Positions 51,155 through 60,917 of a DNA stretch of 64,000 nucleotides are shown piece after piece. A model generated the notes under the pieces. It was not told the origin of the DNA and searched no databases. It saw nothing but the letters and a program-made list of their open reading frames with translations. A program made the position numbers and the translations under genes. This DNA comes from an uncultured Planctomycetaceae bacterium (GTDB lineage Bacteria; Planctomycetota; Planctomycetia; Isosphaerales; Isosphaeraceae): assembly GCA_963833985.1 (NCBI GenBank), contig CAWIAD010000002.1:3872001-3936000 (forward strand). Direction: 5' to 3'. Position 1 is the stretch's first letter; every line of letters begins with the position of its first letter.

Positions 51155-51964
51155 TCACTCCTCGATGCGCTGCTCGAAAGGAGGGCGGACGCGGTCGGGC
51201 AGATGGACCATCCCGGCATCGTCGACGACGTGCAGGCCGGAATCCAGGTAAAGGATATCGCCGTTGATCTTCCGGCCCGCCGGTGTGGTCAGGAAGACGA
51301 CCATGGCGCCGATGTCTTCGGGCAAGGTGAGATTGCGGATGCCCGCGGGGAAATCGGGCCTGCCGTAGCGGGCCTGGATCTTCCGCTCGTTGGGCGTATC
51401 GACCCACCCCGGTGCCACCATGTTGCAGGTGACCCCTTCGAGCAGACATTCATTGGCCACCTGGCGGGTCAGGCCCCAGAGGCCCGCCTTGCTGATGACA
51501 TAAGGAAAAAGGCCCGGCATGGGGCGAGTGGCCCGGGTCGAGCCGATGTTGATGATGGTCCCCTTGCGCTGGCGCAGCAGTGGCAGCATGGCCTTGATGC
51601 CCAGCCACGGCCCCTTGAGATTGACGCCCAGGGTCAGGTCCCAGAGCGCCTCGTCGGTCGACTCGATGGTGCCGCGCGAGCTGATTCCCGCGTTGTTCAC
51701 CAGCGCGTTCAGCCCGCCCCAGCGGCCCTCGATCCGTACACCGGCCTCGGCCCAGTCGGCAGCGCCCGTCACGTCCAGCCGGATTCCAAGCGCCTCGATG
51801 CCGGAACTCTGGAGGGCCGCCGCCGTCTTTTGCACCAGTTCGGCATCGACGTCGCCGAGCACGACGGCATGCCCCGCTTGACCGAGCTGCCGGGCGATAC
51901 CCTGGCCAATCCCCTGGGCGGCGCCGGTGACCAGGGCAACTGGTTTGCTGGCTGTGTCGGACAT
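51155..51964 (-). CDS. SDR-family NAD(P)-dependent oxidoreductase
   Basis: TGAAQGIG, NNAG, YVISK, PGWVDT. Confidence 0.93.
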   Translation of the reverse strand: MSDTASKPVALVTGAAQGIGQGIARQLGQAGHAVVLGDVDAELVQKTAAALQSSGIEALGIRLDVTGAADWAEAGVRIEGRWGGLNALVNNAGISSRGTIESTDEALWDLTLGVNLKGPWLGIKAMLPLLRQRKGTIINIGSTRATRPMPGLFPYVISKAGLWGLTRQVANECLLEGVTCNMVAPGWVDTPNERKIQARYGRPDFPAGIRNLTLPEDIGAMVVFLTTPAGRKINGDILYLDSGLHVVDDAGMVHLPDRVRPPFEQRIEE

Positions 51965-52145
51965 GATACGTTCCCGCCCTCCGGCGATTTCGGAATCTCA
52001 CGGATTGCCGCCACCGGTTCGTGACTCCGGCTCACATGATGAGCGGCCCGGAGGCCGGCGTCAACTGGCCCCCTCGCCCGGGAGTCTGAGGCTGCCTCCT
52101 TGAAGTTTTTTGCTGCGCGAAAGTGTCTCGTGTCAGACTTTGTCG

Positions 52146-52175
52146 TCATGTCATGTCATGTCGTGTCGTGCCATG
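52146..52175. repeat. Pentanucleotide microsatellite (YCRTG)x6 in a divergent promoter region
   Basis: TCATG TCATG TCATG TCGTG TCGTG CCATG. Confidence 0.8.
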
Positions 52176-52419
52176 GAATGCGTCAGACTCATCTCGAAAA
52201 TGGTGGAATGACGGGAAAGCCCGGCGCCTCGGTCCAGCCTGGCCGGCGCCGCATGCTTTTAATCGCCGCTGTCAAGCTCATTTCGGCGAATTCTGCCGCT
52301 GCTCGCCTGGTGTCTCCACGTTTCCTTGCTGGCTGCGCTTTCCTGTCCTCCACCTTCGATGCTCCTCACCAAGCGTGGCGATTGTCTCGAAACAACAGAC
52401 TGTCTTGGGGGATAGGACA

Positions 52420-53820
52420 ATGACGATGGTCGTTTCCCGCACTGCATCTCCCTTTCGCTGGAGACGCAGCGGAGAACATAAGAAACGAGAGCGCGCGGGC
52501 CGCGCGGACAGGGCTCCGCGAGATCACGGCCCGGCGTGTGAACCGCTCGAAACCCGCCTGGTTCTCTCAGGCTGGGGTGGTGGCGGCGACAACTTGCTGG
52601 CGAGTCTCGCCAGCATCGGAATTGCAACCACCAGCGCATACGGTGGTCCGGCTCGGGGTGGCTACGCTCCCTGGGAAAGTCAGAATGCGCAGGTGGCTCA
52701 GTACAACGCGGATCTCCAGAAACTTCAGACAGAACTACAGAGCCTGGTGGCAAAGTCGGGCATCACGGTGGTCGACGTCCAGAACCTGACGACAGATGGC
52801 CAGAGCATTGCGGCCGCGGGATTCTGGGTCAGCTCACAGAGCTTGCAGAAGGCAGTGACGGAGGTGGCCACCGCTGTGACATCGGGATCAAGCACATCCC
52901 AGGCGCAGAGCGACTTCAATGCGCTCTTCACCGGGTCGAAGGTCGCCCAGACTACCATCGACAAGACCTTCACGGACCTGGTCCGAACGATCCAGGATTC
53001 CAAAGTCACGGCAACGGATCTTTCGGACGTTGCCGCCGACCTGGCGGCCATTCAGAGCGACCTGAACAACGTGTCGGGCGGGGGCCGCGGGCTCAGACCA
53101 CTGGGTGAGCTGCCGATAGGCACCGGCACCCTCTCCAGCACTCTTTCCGCAAGCCTGGCGGCCGCTGGAGTCGCCACGTTACCCGCCCAGGGAAGCGTGG
53201 GGCAGGGGGCCTCGTCAGCCGGTTCAACCACGAACACATCGTTCGCTCAGCTTCTTGCGGACGTTCAGAAGCTCCAGTCCGAGAACCAGACCCTCGCGGC
53301 CCGCTCGATGGTCACCGTCGCGGACCTGTCCCACCTGCAAACCGATAGCCAGACCATTGCCGGTGCGGGGTTGCGACTCGATCCTCAGAGTCTTCAGAAG
53401 GTCATGAGCGAACTCGTGACGGCGGTGGCTGGCGGAACCTCCACAAGCCAGGCGCAGACCGATTTCAATGCCCTCTTCACCGGGTCGAACGTGGCTCAAA
53501 CGTCCATCGACCAGACCTTCACGGATCTGATCCAGACGATCCAGGATTCCAAGGTCACGGCAGCAGACCTGACGACACTGACCGCTGACCAGACCGCGGT
53601 CCAGACGGATCGGAGCAGCCTCCGTAGCGGCGCGGGAATGTCTGTGACCAGCGCGACGGGCACGACCGGTAGCGGTAGCGGTGGCTCCAGCGGCAGTGGC
53701 AGTGGAGGTGGAACTGGTAGTGGAACTGGAACCGGAACATCGACGACCACAACTCCGCTCACGACGCACTTCGCCCGGCTGCGCGGCTTCCGTGGTTTTA
53801 GCCGGATCAGAAGGCGCTGA
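52420..53820 (+). CDS. Planctomycete extracellular (LExRxLL) helical protein with internal duplication
   Basis: AGGA RBS; EPLETRLVLS; two ~120-aa copies (QSLQK...SQAQxDFNALFTGS.VAQT.ID.TFTDL..TIQDSKVTA.DL); G/S/T linker; basic tail. Confidence 0.75.
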   Translation: MTMVVSRTASPFRWRRSGEHKKRERAGRADRAPRDHGPACEPLETRLVLSGWGGGGDNLLASLASIGIATTSAYGGPARGGYAPWESQNAQVAQYNADLQKLQTELQSLVAKSGITVVDVQNLTTDGQSIAAAGFWVSSQSLQKAVTEVATAVTSGSSTSQAQSDFNALFTGSKVAQTTIDKTFTDLVRTIQDSKVTATDLSDVAADLAAIQSDLNNVSGGGRGLRPLGELPIGTGTLSSTLSASLAAAGVATLPAQGSVGQGASSAGSTTNTSFAQLLADVQKLQSENQTLAARSMVTVADLSHLQTDSQTIAGAGLRLDPQSLQKVMSELVTAVAGGTSTSQAQTDFNALFTGSNVAQTSIDQTFTDLIQTIQDSKVTAADLTTLTADQTAVQTDRSSLRSGAGMSVTSATGTTGSGSGGSSGSGSGGGTGSGTGTGTSTTTTPLTTHFARLRGFRGFSRIRRR

Positions 53821-53832
53821 TCCTGACTCACT

Positions 53833-53872
53833 GGCCCTGGGCGTAACGCGCGAGGGCGGAACGCCCAGGGCC
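53833..53872 (+). terminator. Hairpin after the 52420-53820 gene
   Basis: GGCCCTGGGCGT...ACGCCCAGGGCC 12-bp stem; no clear U-tract. Confidence 0.45.
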
Positions 53873-54149
53873 GGCACTTGCAATCTGTACCGCTGCCCGG
53901 CGCTGGTTTGCCCCACTTCTCCTCCGCCTCCTCTCATGCCGCCACTATCCTTCCATCCAGCGTCCCATCGCAAAGAGATTGACTTTCGCCCGTGACGCGG
54001 CCATTGTTATTTTATTATTCAACAATTTGCCGGATTGCCGGTCATCGCCGTCTTGTTGAGCATCGCCCGACCATCTGAGCCTTGATGTCCGGATGATCTT
54101 GTTTCACTTTCCAGTCGGAAAACCGCGTGTGCAGCCTCAGGAGCAACCG

Positions 54150-56627
54150 ATGGATCATGATGCGCTTGATCGTGGCAAGACGATCGGTTGGCTCGTCGCG
54201 TTACTCTGTTGCACGATCGCACATCCTGGCAGGGACGCGTTCGGCCAGGAAGCAGCCGCCCGGGAGCTGATCGGCACACCGGTCGCGGTCGAGATCGGTC
54301 CGGAAGATCCACCCTTGATCGGCCGCCACGCCACGCGTCAGCTCATTGTCACTGCGCGCTACGGCGACGGCTCGCTCCGCGATCTGACGCGCCTGCTGAC
54401 CTGGGTCAGTCTTGATCCTGCCGTCGCGGTGGTTTCGGACCACGGGCAGGTTTCCGCCAGAAGCAACGGCAAGGCAACCATCGTGGCTCGGGGCGGATCG
54501 GTCGAGGCGAGCCTGGCAATGAAGGTTCAGGGGATGGACCGGACAGCGCCAGTCAGCTTCCGGAACGATGTGATTCCCTCATTCAGCCAGGCCGGCTGCA
54601 ACACCGGCGCCTGCCATGGCACTCCCACCGGCAAGGGCGGTTTCCGGCTCAGTCTGCGGGGATATCTGCCGGATCAGGACTTCCTCACACTCAGCCGCGA
54701 AACGGCCGGCCGGCGCATCAATCTCCTGGCCGCCGAGCAGAGCCTGTTGCTAGCCAAGCCGCTCGGCGAGGTGGCACACGAGGGGGGCTTGCGGCTCTCA
54801 CGCAGCTCGAAAAGTTACGAGCTATTGCGCGACTGGATCAGGGAAGGCGCCCATGATGACCCGTCGGCGCCCGCGGCAGCCCGGCTTGAGATTCTCCCCG
54901 GCCCGCGCGTTCTGAACGCTCCGGCGCGGTCGCAGCAACTCGTCGTCCTGCTGCATCTTGCCGACGGAACGACGCGAGACGTCACGCCCATCTGCTACTA
55001 CGACAGCTCGAGCCTGGAGATCGCGGAGGTGGATGCCGGCGGCCATGTCCGCTTCAAAACGCGTGGCGAGATCGCGGTCATCGCTCATTTTCTCAGCCTG
55101 GTGGCCAATCTCAGGCTCACTCACCTCGTCGAAGTTCCCGGCTTTGAGCCAGCGCCGGTACCGGGCGACGACCTGGTCGATGGCCCGGTGTTCCGCAAGC
55201 TGAACCGGATGCGCATCCGCCCCTCGGAGCCGGCCGGGGACCGCGAGTTCCTCCGCCGGGTCTACCTGGATACCATCGGCGTCTTGCCTCAGCCGAGCGA
55301 GGTGGACGAGTTCGTTTCTTCCGCCCATAGCGACCGGCGCGCGCATGTCATCGAAGGGTTGCTCGATCGGCCAGAATTCTACGATTTCTGGGCTCTGAAG
55401 TTCGCGGACGTGCTCAGGGCCAACGGCCGGCTCATCGAGCCGAAGGGCGCTTACGTCTTCCATCGCTGGATCCGCTCGGCCCTCGAGCGCGAGATGCCCC
55501 TGGACGAGTTTGTCCGTACCCTGCTGACGACCAGCGGCTCAACCTACGCAAATCCCGCCGCGAACTACTACCGGATCAGCAAGGAGCCCGAGGCTGCCGT
55601 GGAGACGACGGCCCAGCTTTTCCTGGGAGTACGCATCCAGTGCGCCAAGTGCCACAACCACCCCTTCGAGCGCTGGACTCAGGACGACTATTACGGATTC
55701 GCCGCCTTCTTCTCGCAGGTCGGCCACAAGAAAGGGAACCAGGCAGGCGAGGAGGTCATCTACGCTCGTCGTGGGGGTGACGTCCGGCAGCCGCGTACCG
55801 GGCGCGTGATGAAGCCGAAGGCGCTGGGAGGGCCGGTGCTCGATGGGATGGCCGATCGCCGCATTCGTCTGGCATCGTGGCTGACCAGCCGCGACAATCC
55901 GTACTTTGCCCGAAGCCTCGTCAATCGCGTCTGGTATCACCTGATGGGTCGCGGCATCGTCGAGCCGGTCGACGACTTCCGTGATTCGAACCCAGCCTCC
56001 AATGACGAGTTGCTCGACCACCTGACCACTGCCTTCGTCAAGGATGGTTACCGGCTCAAAAGCCTGATCCGGATCATCCTGCGAAGCCGTACCTATCAGC
56101 TTTCGTCCCGGACGAACGCGTTGAACGCCGACGACAACATTTACTTCTCGCATGCGATCACGAAGCTCTTGCCGGCCGAAGTTCTGCTGGACGCGATCTC
56201 GACGTTCACCGGCTCGCCCACACCGCTTGAAGGACTGCCCGCCGGTTCCCGGGCGGCCCAGATGCCCGACGGCAAGGTCGAGAACACATTCCTGAAGACA
56301 TTCGGACGCCCCGCTCGTGAACTGGCCTGCGAGTGCGAGCGCGAAAGCGATTCAAACCTTTCGCAAGCACTCCAGCTCATCGGCGGCGCCACGGTCAACG
56401 GCAAGCTGCATGACGACAGGGGCCGCATGGCGCAGCTCGCGAAGAGCGGCAAGTCTGCCGAGGCCATCACAAAGGATCTCTACCAAGTCGCCCTCGGTCG
56501 CGAGCCCACCCCGCAAGAGCTCGACGCCGCAACCCGCCACCTCAAGGCCGGCTCCGATCTTCGCGCTGCCGTCGAGGACCTGGGCTGGGTGCTGATCAAT
56601 TCCAAGGAGTTCCTGTTCCGGCATTGA
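54150..56627 (+). CDS. DUF1549/DUF1553 (PSD1/PSCyt-type) protein with Ig-like Big_2 domains
   Basis: CNTGACHG, FLRRVYLD, CAKCHNHPFERWTQDDYY, NRVW..LMGRGIVEPVDD, ACECER, NSKEFLFRH. Confidence 0.92.
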   Translation: MDHDALDRGKTIGWLVALLCCTIAHPGRDAFGQEAAARELIGTPVAVEIGPEDPPLIGRHATRQLIVTARYGDGSLRDLTRLLTWVSLDPAVAVVSDHGQVSARSNGKATIVARGGSVEASLAMKVQGMDRTAPVSFRNDVIPSFSQAGCNTGACHGTPTGKGGFRLSLRGYLPDQDFLTLSRETAGRRINLLAAEQSLLLAKPLGEVAHEGGLRLSRSSKSYELLRDWIREGAHDDPSAPAAARLEILPGPRVLNAPARSQQLVVLLHLADGTTRDVTPICYYDSSSLEIAEVDAGGHVRFKTRGEIAVIAHFLSLVANLRLTHLVEVPGFEPAPVPGDDLVDGPVFRKLNRMRIRPSEPAGDREFLRRVYLDTIGVLPQPSEVDEFVSSAHSDRRAHVIEGLLDRPEFYDFWALKFADVLRANGRLIEPKGAYVFHRWIRSALEREMPLDEFVRTLLTTSGSTYANPAANYYRISKEPEAAVETTAQLFLGVRIQCAKCHNHPFERWTQDDYYGFAAFFSQVGHKKGNQAGEEVIYARRGGDVRQPRTGRVMKPKALGGPVLDGMADRRIRLASWLTSRDNPYFARSLVNRVWYHLMGRGIVEPVDDFRDSNPASNDELLDHLTTAFVKDGYRLKSLIRIILRSRTYQLSSRTNALNADDNIYFSHAITKLLPAEVLLDAISTFTGSPTPLEGLPAGSRAAQMPDGKVENTFLKTFGRPARELACECERESDSNLSQALQLIGGATVNGKLHDDRGRMAQLAKSGKSAEAITKDLYQVALGREPTPQELDAATRHLKAGSDLRAAVEDLGWVLINSKEFLFRH

Positions 56628-56780
56628 GCGACGGCTCAGGAGTCGGTGTGTGCCGGCAGGTGAAGGCCAGTTCGTCAACGAGCTGGCAAGCTGACGGAAG
56701 CCATTGCGGGCGACCCGCCTGCCGGTCCAGAACGGATCTCCGTTCCAGGTCACTTCCGCTCTTACCGGCGAAGCGCCTTC

Positions 56781-57257
56781 TTATCGGCGGAGCGCCTTGT
56801 AGGCCTCGACGGCCATGCGGTCGCAGGCCTCGTTCTCGGGATGGCCGCGATGGCCCAGAACATGGGTCACCTGCACGTCGTGCTCTGCGATCAGGGCGTC
56901 CAGCCGCTTCCAGAGATCAACATTCATGACGGGTTTGAGCGAGCCCCGCTCCTTGCGCTGCCACCCCTGGCGTTTCCAGTTGGGCATCCACTCGCGGATG
57001 CCCTTCGCCACATACTGGCTGTCTGTCACGATCTCGACCCGGCAGCGACGCTTGAGCGTTGCGAGGCCCTCGATCACCCCGGCCAGCTCCATGCGATTGT
57101 TCGTGGTGTTCGGCTCGGCGCCCGAGGCGTCGCGCACCTGACCGGTGGCTGGATGCTGGAGGATGTAAGCCCAGCCACCGGGCCCGGGATTGCCACTGCA
57201 CGCGCCATCGGTGAACAGCTTGACGAAATCAGCCGGTGCGCTGGCATCCGGTTCCAT
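56781..57257 (-). CDS. rnhA: Ribonuclease HI
   Basis: FTDGACSGNPGPGGW, TTNNRMEL, TDSQY, NVDLW, GHRGHPENEACD. Confidence 0.97.
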   Translation of the reverse strand: MEPDASAPADFVKLFTDGACSGNPGPGGWAYILQHPATGQVRDASGAEPNTTNNRMELAGVIEGLATLKRRCRVEIVTDSQYVAKGIREWMPNWKRQGWQRKERGSLKPVMNVDLWKRLDALIAEHDVQVTHVLGHRGHPENEACDRMAVEAYKALRR

Positions 57258-57355
57258 GGCGCAGTCCTTCGCAGCGAAGCAACGATCGGCACAGCGAACG
57301 CTCGGGGTCGGCTGCCCATGATCGGCGCACTGCTTGGAACCGTCAAGCGTGATCG

Positions 57356-57961
57356 TCAGTATTTCCGCACCACGCCGACGAGGACTCCCAGCACATTCAC
57401 GTGATCACGAAAGATTGGCTTCATGGAGCGGTTGGCCGGCTCGAGGCGGAAGCGGTTCTTGTCGCGATACAGTTTCTTGAGCGTGGCCTCGCCCTCATCG
57501 TCGCGCACGGCGACGATCTGCCCGTCGCGTGCCTGCTCCTGCTTCTTGATGATCACGAAGTCGCCGTCAGCAATGTGCTCTTCGATCATCGAGTCTCCGG
57601 AAACCCGCAGGGCGAACTTGTCGCCATTGTCGGTCCACTCCGAGAAGGTCAGCTCATCGGACTGCTCGACGGCCTCGATGGGCTGCCCCGCGGCGATACG
57701 GCCCACCATCTTCACGCCGGTGTGGCGGCCGGTCGGCGAATCCTCGAGCAACTGGATGGCCCGCGACATGTTGGGCTCGCGATGGATCAGGCCTTTCTTC
57801 TGGAGTGCCTTGAGATGGCACATCACGCCATTGGGGCTTTTGATCTGGAAGTTGAGACCGATCTCGCGCACGGTCGGGCCGTAGCCTCGGCCCTGGATCT
57901 TGCTGCGGATGAAGTTGTAAATCTCACGCTGGCGGGGAGTCAAGGCATCCGTCTCGGCCAT
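57356..57961 (-). CDS. lexA: SOS repressor LexA
   Basis: LTPRQ...PTVREIG...SPNGV..HL wHTH; AAG cleavage site; GDSM Ser; TLKK Lys. Confidence 0.97.
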   Translation of the reverse strand: MAETDALTPRQREIYNFIRSKIQGRGYGPTVREIGLNFQIKSPNGVMCHLKALQKKGLIHREPNMSRAIQLLEDSPTGRHTGVKMVGRIAAGQPIEAVEQSDELTFSEWTDNGDKFALRVSGDSMIEEHIADGDFVIIKKQEQARDGQIVAVRDDEGEATLKKLYRDKNRFRLEPANRSMKPIFRDHVNVLGVLVGVVRKY

Positions 57962-58068
57962 GGGTCGCTCTCCTTCAAGTCGATAGAAACGTCAGGTAGC
58001 GCCCGCGGCTGCTCGCCCGGGACGCTCAGCACACGGACGAACACTACCTGACTCTTTGATTGCTAATG

Positions 58069-58083
58069 TACACAGGTTGTCTA
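58069..58083. promoter_or_regulatory. Candidate LexA operator TACACA-GGT-TGTCTA
   Basis: Imperfect palindrome (1 mismatch) about 110 bp upstream of lexA, overlapping a minus-strand TACATT -10-like hexamer. Confidence 0.4.
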
Positions 58084-58241
58084 GCGCACGCGAGAACATT
58101 TTGCGTCCCGGTGAAAATTATTTTCTCGGGGTACCTGGTCCGGTCTGGCCATCCGGAAGGGTCTTGAGTCCATTCCCGTGAGGGGTACACGATGGAGACA
58201 AATCCTGCTGCGGCCCCCTTCCGACCTGGAGAGTTTCAGCC

Positions 58242-59039
58242 ATGTCCAAGCCGATTCGTGTGCTGGCGATCCACGCCCATCCCGATGACGTGGAGTTTCA
58301 GTGTGCGGGCACGCTGGCGTTGCTGCGCGATGCGGGCTGCGCGGTGACCATCGCCACGATGACGGCGGGAGACTGCGGCAGTGCCGAGCACGACGCGGCG
58401 ACGATCGCCGAGATCCGCCGGGGCGAAGCCCGCGCGGCCGCGGCCCTGCTGGAAGCCGATGCGCTCTGCCTGGAGTTCGGCGACCTGGCGATCTTCAATG
58501 ATGACGATGCGCGGCGGAGGGTGGTGGAAGCCTTGCGGCGAACGCGGCCGGACATGGTGCTGACCGCTCCCCCGGCCGATTATCATTGCGACCATGAGGC
58601 CACCAGCAGGCTCGTACGCGACGCATGCTTCGGCGCGTCGTGCCCCAACTACAGCACTCGCCAGTGGGACCCCGCGGCTCCGCTCGAGAAGATACCGCAC
58701 CTCTATTACGTCGATGCCATCGAAGGGGCGAACCCAGACGGCGGGCGCGTGGCCGTCGAGTTCTACGTGGATATCACGTCCGTCTTCGAGACCAAGCGGG
58801 ATATGCTGGCATGCCATGCCAGCCAGCGCACCTGGCTCTTGCGGCAGCACGGCATGGACGAATACCTTGAAAGCATGGCGCGCTGGTGCGCGCAGCGTGG
58901 CAGTGAGATCGGTGTCCCGAAAGCCGAGGCGTTCCGGCAGTACCGGGGCCATCCGTACCCGCAGGACAATTTACTGCTTCAATTGATCGGGCAGAACGGG
59001 CGCGGTCACCGGGTGGCGGCTTCCCAGCAGGCTCCATGA
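58242..59039 (+). CDS. PIG-L/LmbE-family deacetylase
   Basis: HAHPDD, RRGEA, DYHCDH, HASQ. Confidence 0.92.
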   Translation: MSKPIRVLAIHAHPDDVEFQCAGTLALLRDAGCAVTIATMTAGDCGSAEHDAATIAEIRRGEARAAAALLEADALCLEFGDLAIFNDDDARRRVVEALRRTRPDMVLTAPPADYHCDHEATSRLVRDACFGASCPNYSTRQWDPAAPLEKIPHLYYVDAIEGANPDGGRVAVEFYVDITSVFETKRDMLACHASQRTWLLRQHGMDEYLESMARWCAQRGSEIGVPKAEAFRQYRGHPYPQDNLLLQLIGQNGRGHRVAASQQAP

Positions 59040-59045
59040 GGGTTA

Positions 59046-59894
59046 TCAGTTCATGGAATAGCCAATGATCTGGGCGATCATGCTCCTCAGGTCTCGGCGA
59101 TGCACGATCCGGTCAATGAATCCGTGCTCGAGTAGAAATTCGCTCGTCTGGAACCCCTGGGGCAATTGCACGCGCACGGTCTGCTCGATGACCCGGGGTC
59201 CGGCAAAGCCGATGAGGGCCTTCGGCTCGGCGAGGATGATGTCCCCCAGTGAGGCGAAGCTGGCCGCGACGCCTCCCATCGTGGGATGAGTGAGCACGCT
59301 GATGAACAGGCCGCCGGCGCCTCGGTAGCGTCCCAGGGCGGTCGAGACCTTGGCCATCTGCATCAGCGAGAAGATGCCCTCGTGCATCCTGGCCCCACCG
59401 CCAGAGCCCGAAACAATGACCAGGGGCAATTTCTGCCGCGTCGCCGCCTCGATGGCTCGCGTCAGCTTTTCACCGACGACCGAGCCCATGGAGCCCATGA
59501 TGAAGCTGCTGTCGGTGATTCCGAAAATGAGTCGGATTCCCTTGATGAACCCCTGACCCACCAGCGCAGCGTCGTTCAGGCCGGTACGCTCCTGCTCGAG
59601 CTTGAGTCGCTCGGGGTAGGGGCGGCGGTCGTCGAACTGCAACGGATCCGCCGGTTGCAGCTCGGAAAACCAATCCTCGAACGTCTCCGGGTCAAGAAGC
59701 TGGCTGATCCGCTCCACCGCCGTGACCGGGAAATGGTGGTTACACTCCGGGCAAACCTTGTCGTTCTGTTCGACCTGCTTGCGAAAGAGGGTCGCGCTAC
59801 AGCCACCGCAGCGCATCCAGACACCTTCGGGAACCCGCTTCGATTCCGAATGCCCGTGCCAAGAATTGAGCGCTTCTGATCCTCTTCCGGCCAT
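59046..59894 (-). CDS. accD: Acetyl-CoA carboxylase carboxyltransferase beta subunit
   Basis: Zn finger CGGC...[52 protein letters not shown]. Confidence 0.96.
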   Translation of the reverse strand: MAGRGSEALNSWHGHSESKRVPEGVWMRCGGCSATLFRKQVEQNDKVCPECNHHFPVTAVERISQLLDPETFEDWFSELQPADPLQFDDRRPYPERLKLEQERTGLNDAALVGQGFIKGIRLIFGITDSSFIMGSMGSVVGEKLTRAIEAATRQKLPLVIVSGSGGGARMHEGIFSLMQMAKVSTALGRYRGAGGLFISVLTHPTMGGVAASFASLGDIILAEPKALIGFAGPRVIEQTVRVQLPQGFQTSEFLLEHGFIDRIVHRRDLRSMIAQIIGYSMN

Positions 59895-60021
59895 GGGCTG
59901 ACTCCTTATGCCGGGACGGGAAGCCGCGATCACAGCGGCTCACGATCCCTGGGCTCGCTCGGCGCACTGGCCAGCGCGGCTCCGGGTAAAGCCGACACAC
60001 TGTCTTTCTGCGGGGGGATTG

Positions 60022-60618
60022 TCAAGAGAAGCCGTTGGCCAGCCAGTCCGGCGGAACGTCGATGCGCTCGAATCCGCACCCGGGGGAACGTTCATCGAGC
60101 TGGGGTCGCGCCCCGGGTTTGAGGATACAGGCAATCAGGCGGGCCAAGGGATCGCCGACAACAAGCCCGAAACTCTCTCCGTCCTGGTGGCGGCGGACCA
60201 GCGGCTTGAAAGCGGCCTTGACCCGTTCCAGAGCATCGGCGACGGTCTCGCCCTGCGGTGGGCAGATCGTTCGCGGGTCCTCCATCCACTGGCGGAAGAG
60301 CTTGGTATTGCGCCGCTTGATCTCCTCGATTTGCAAGCCCTGCCAGAGCCCCTGATCCAGATTGCGCAGCTCGTCGATGCGCTTAGGCCGCAGCCCGAGT
60401 GCCTTGCCAATGATTTCCGCGGTACCGACCACATTCTCGCCCGGCCCGCAATAAAGCGCGGCAAGAGGCAATGTGCCCTGATCGGCGGCAAGGCATTCGG
60501 CCAGGCGGGCCGCCTCCTCACGCCCGCGCTCGCTGAGTGGAATATCGAGAATGCCCTGAACGCGATTCTGCTCGTCGTAGAGTGTCGCGCCCGGCCGGAT
60601 CAGCGTCACCTGTACCAT
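60022..60618 (-). CDS. Histidine phosphatase (PGM-like) fold protein lacking catalytic His
   Basis: LIRPGAT..D...RVQG.LDIPLS..G; GLWQG; PPQGET; VVGD in place of the second His motif. Confidence 0.8.
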   Translation of the reverse strand: MVQVTLIRPGATLYDEQNRVQGILDIPLSERGREEAARLAECLAADQGTLPLAALYCGPGENVVGTAEIIGKALGLRPKRIDELRNLDQGLWQGLQIEEIKRRNTKLFRQWMEDPRTICPPQGETVADALERVKAAFKPLVRRHQDGESFGLVVGDPLARLIACILKPGARPQLDERSPGCGFERIDVPPDWLANGFS

Positions 60619-60917
60619 CGCAACGGTCATCAAGGACCCAAGGCTCCGCAGTCCCGAGAAGTACGACACCCTGGCGTTTCCAATGGCACGGTCGGGCTCC
60701 GCCGCCAGGATCCTATCTTCCCAAACAACCCAGGCTTCGACAACGGCCAATCGGGCGGTCACGGCCCGATCGCTTTCCCCGAGCGTGCCAACCCGATCCG
60801 CCAGTCAGGTCCGGGCCATTGGGGCTCGCACCGCCAGCGGTTAGAATCAGAATCCGCGCCAGGGCTGCCGGCATGGATGCCTGCGCAGAAGTTCCGCATC
60901 AAAGGAGTCTCCGTTTC

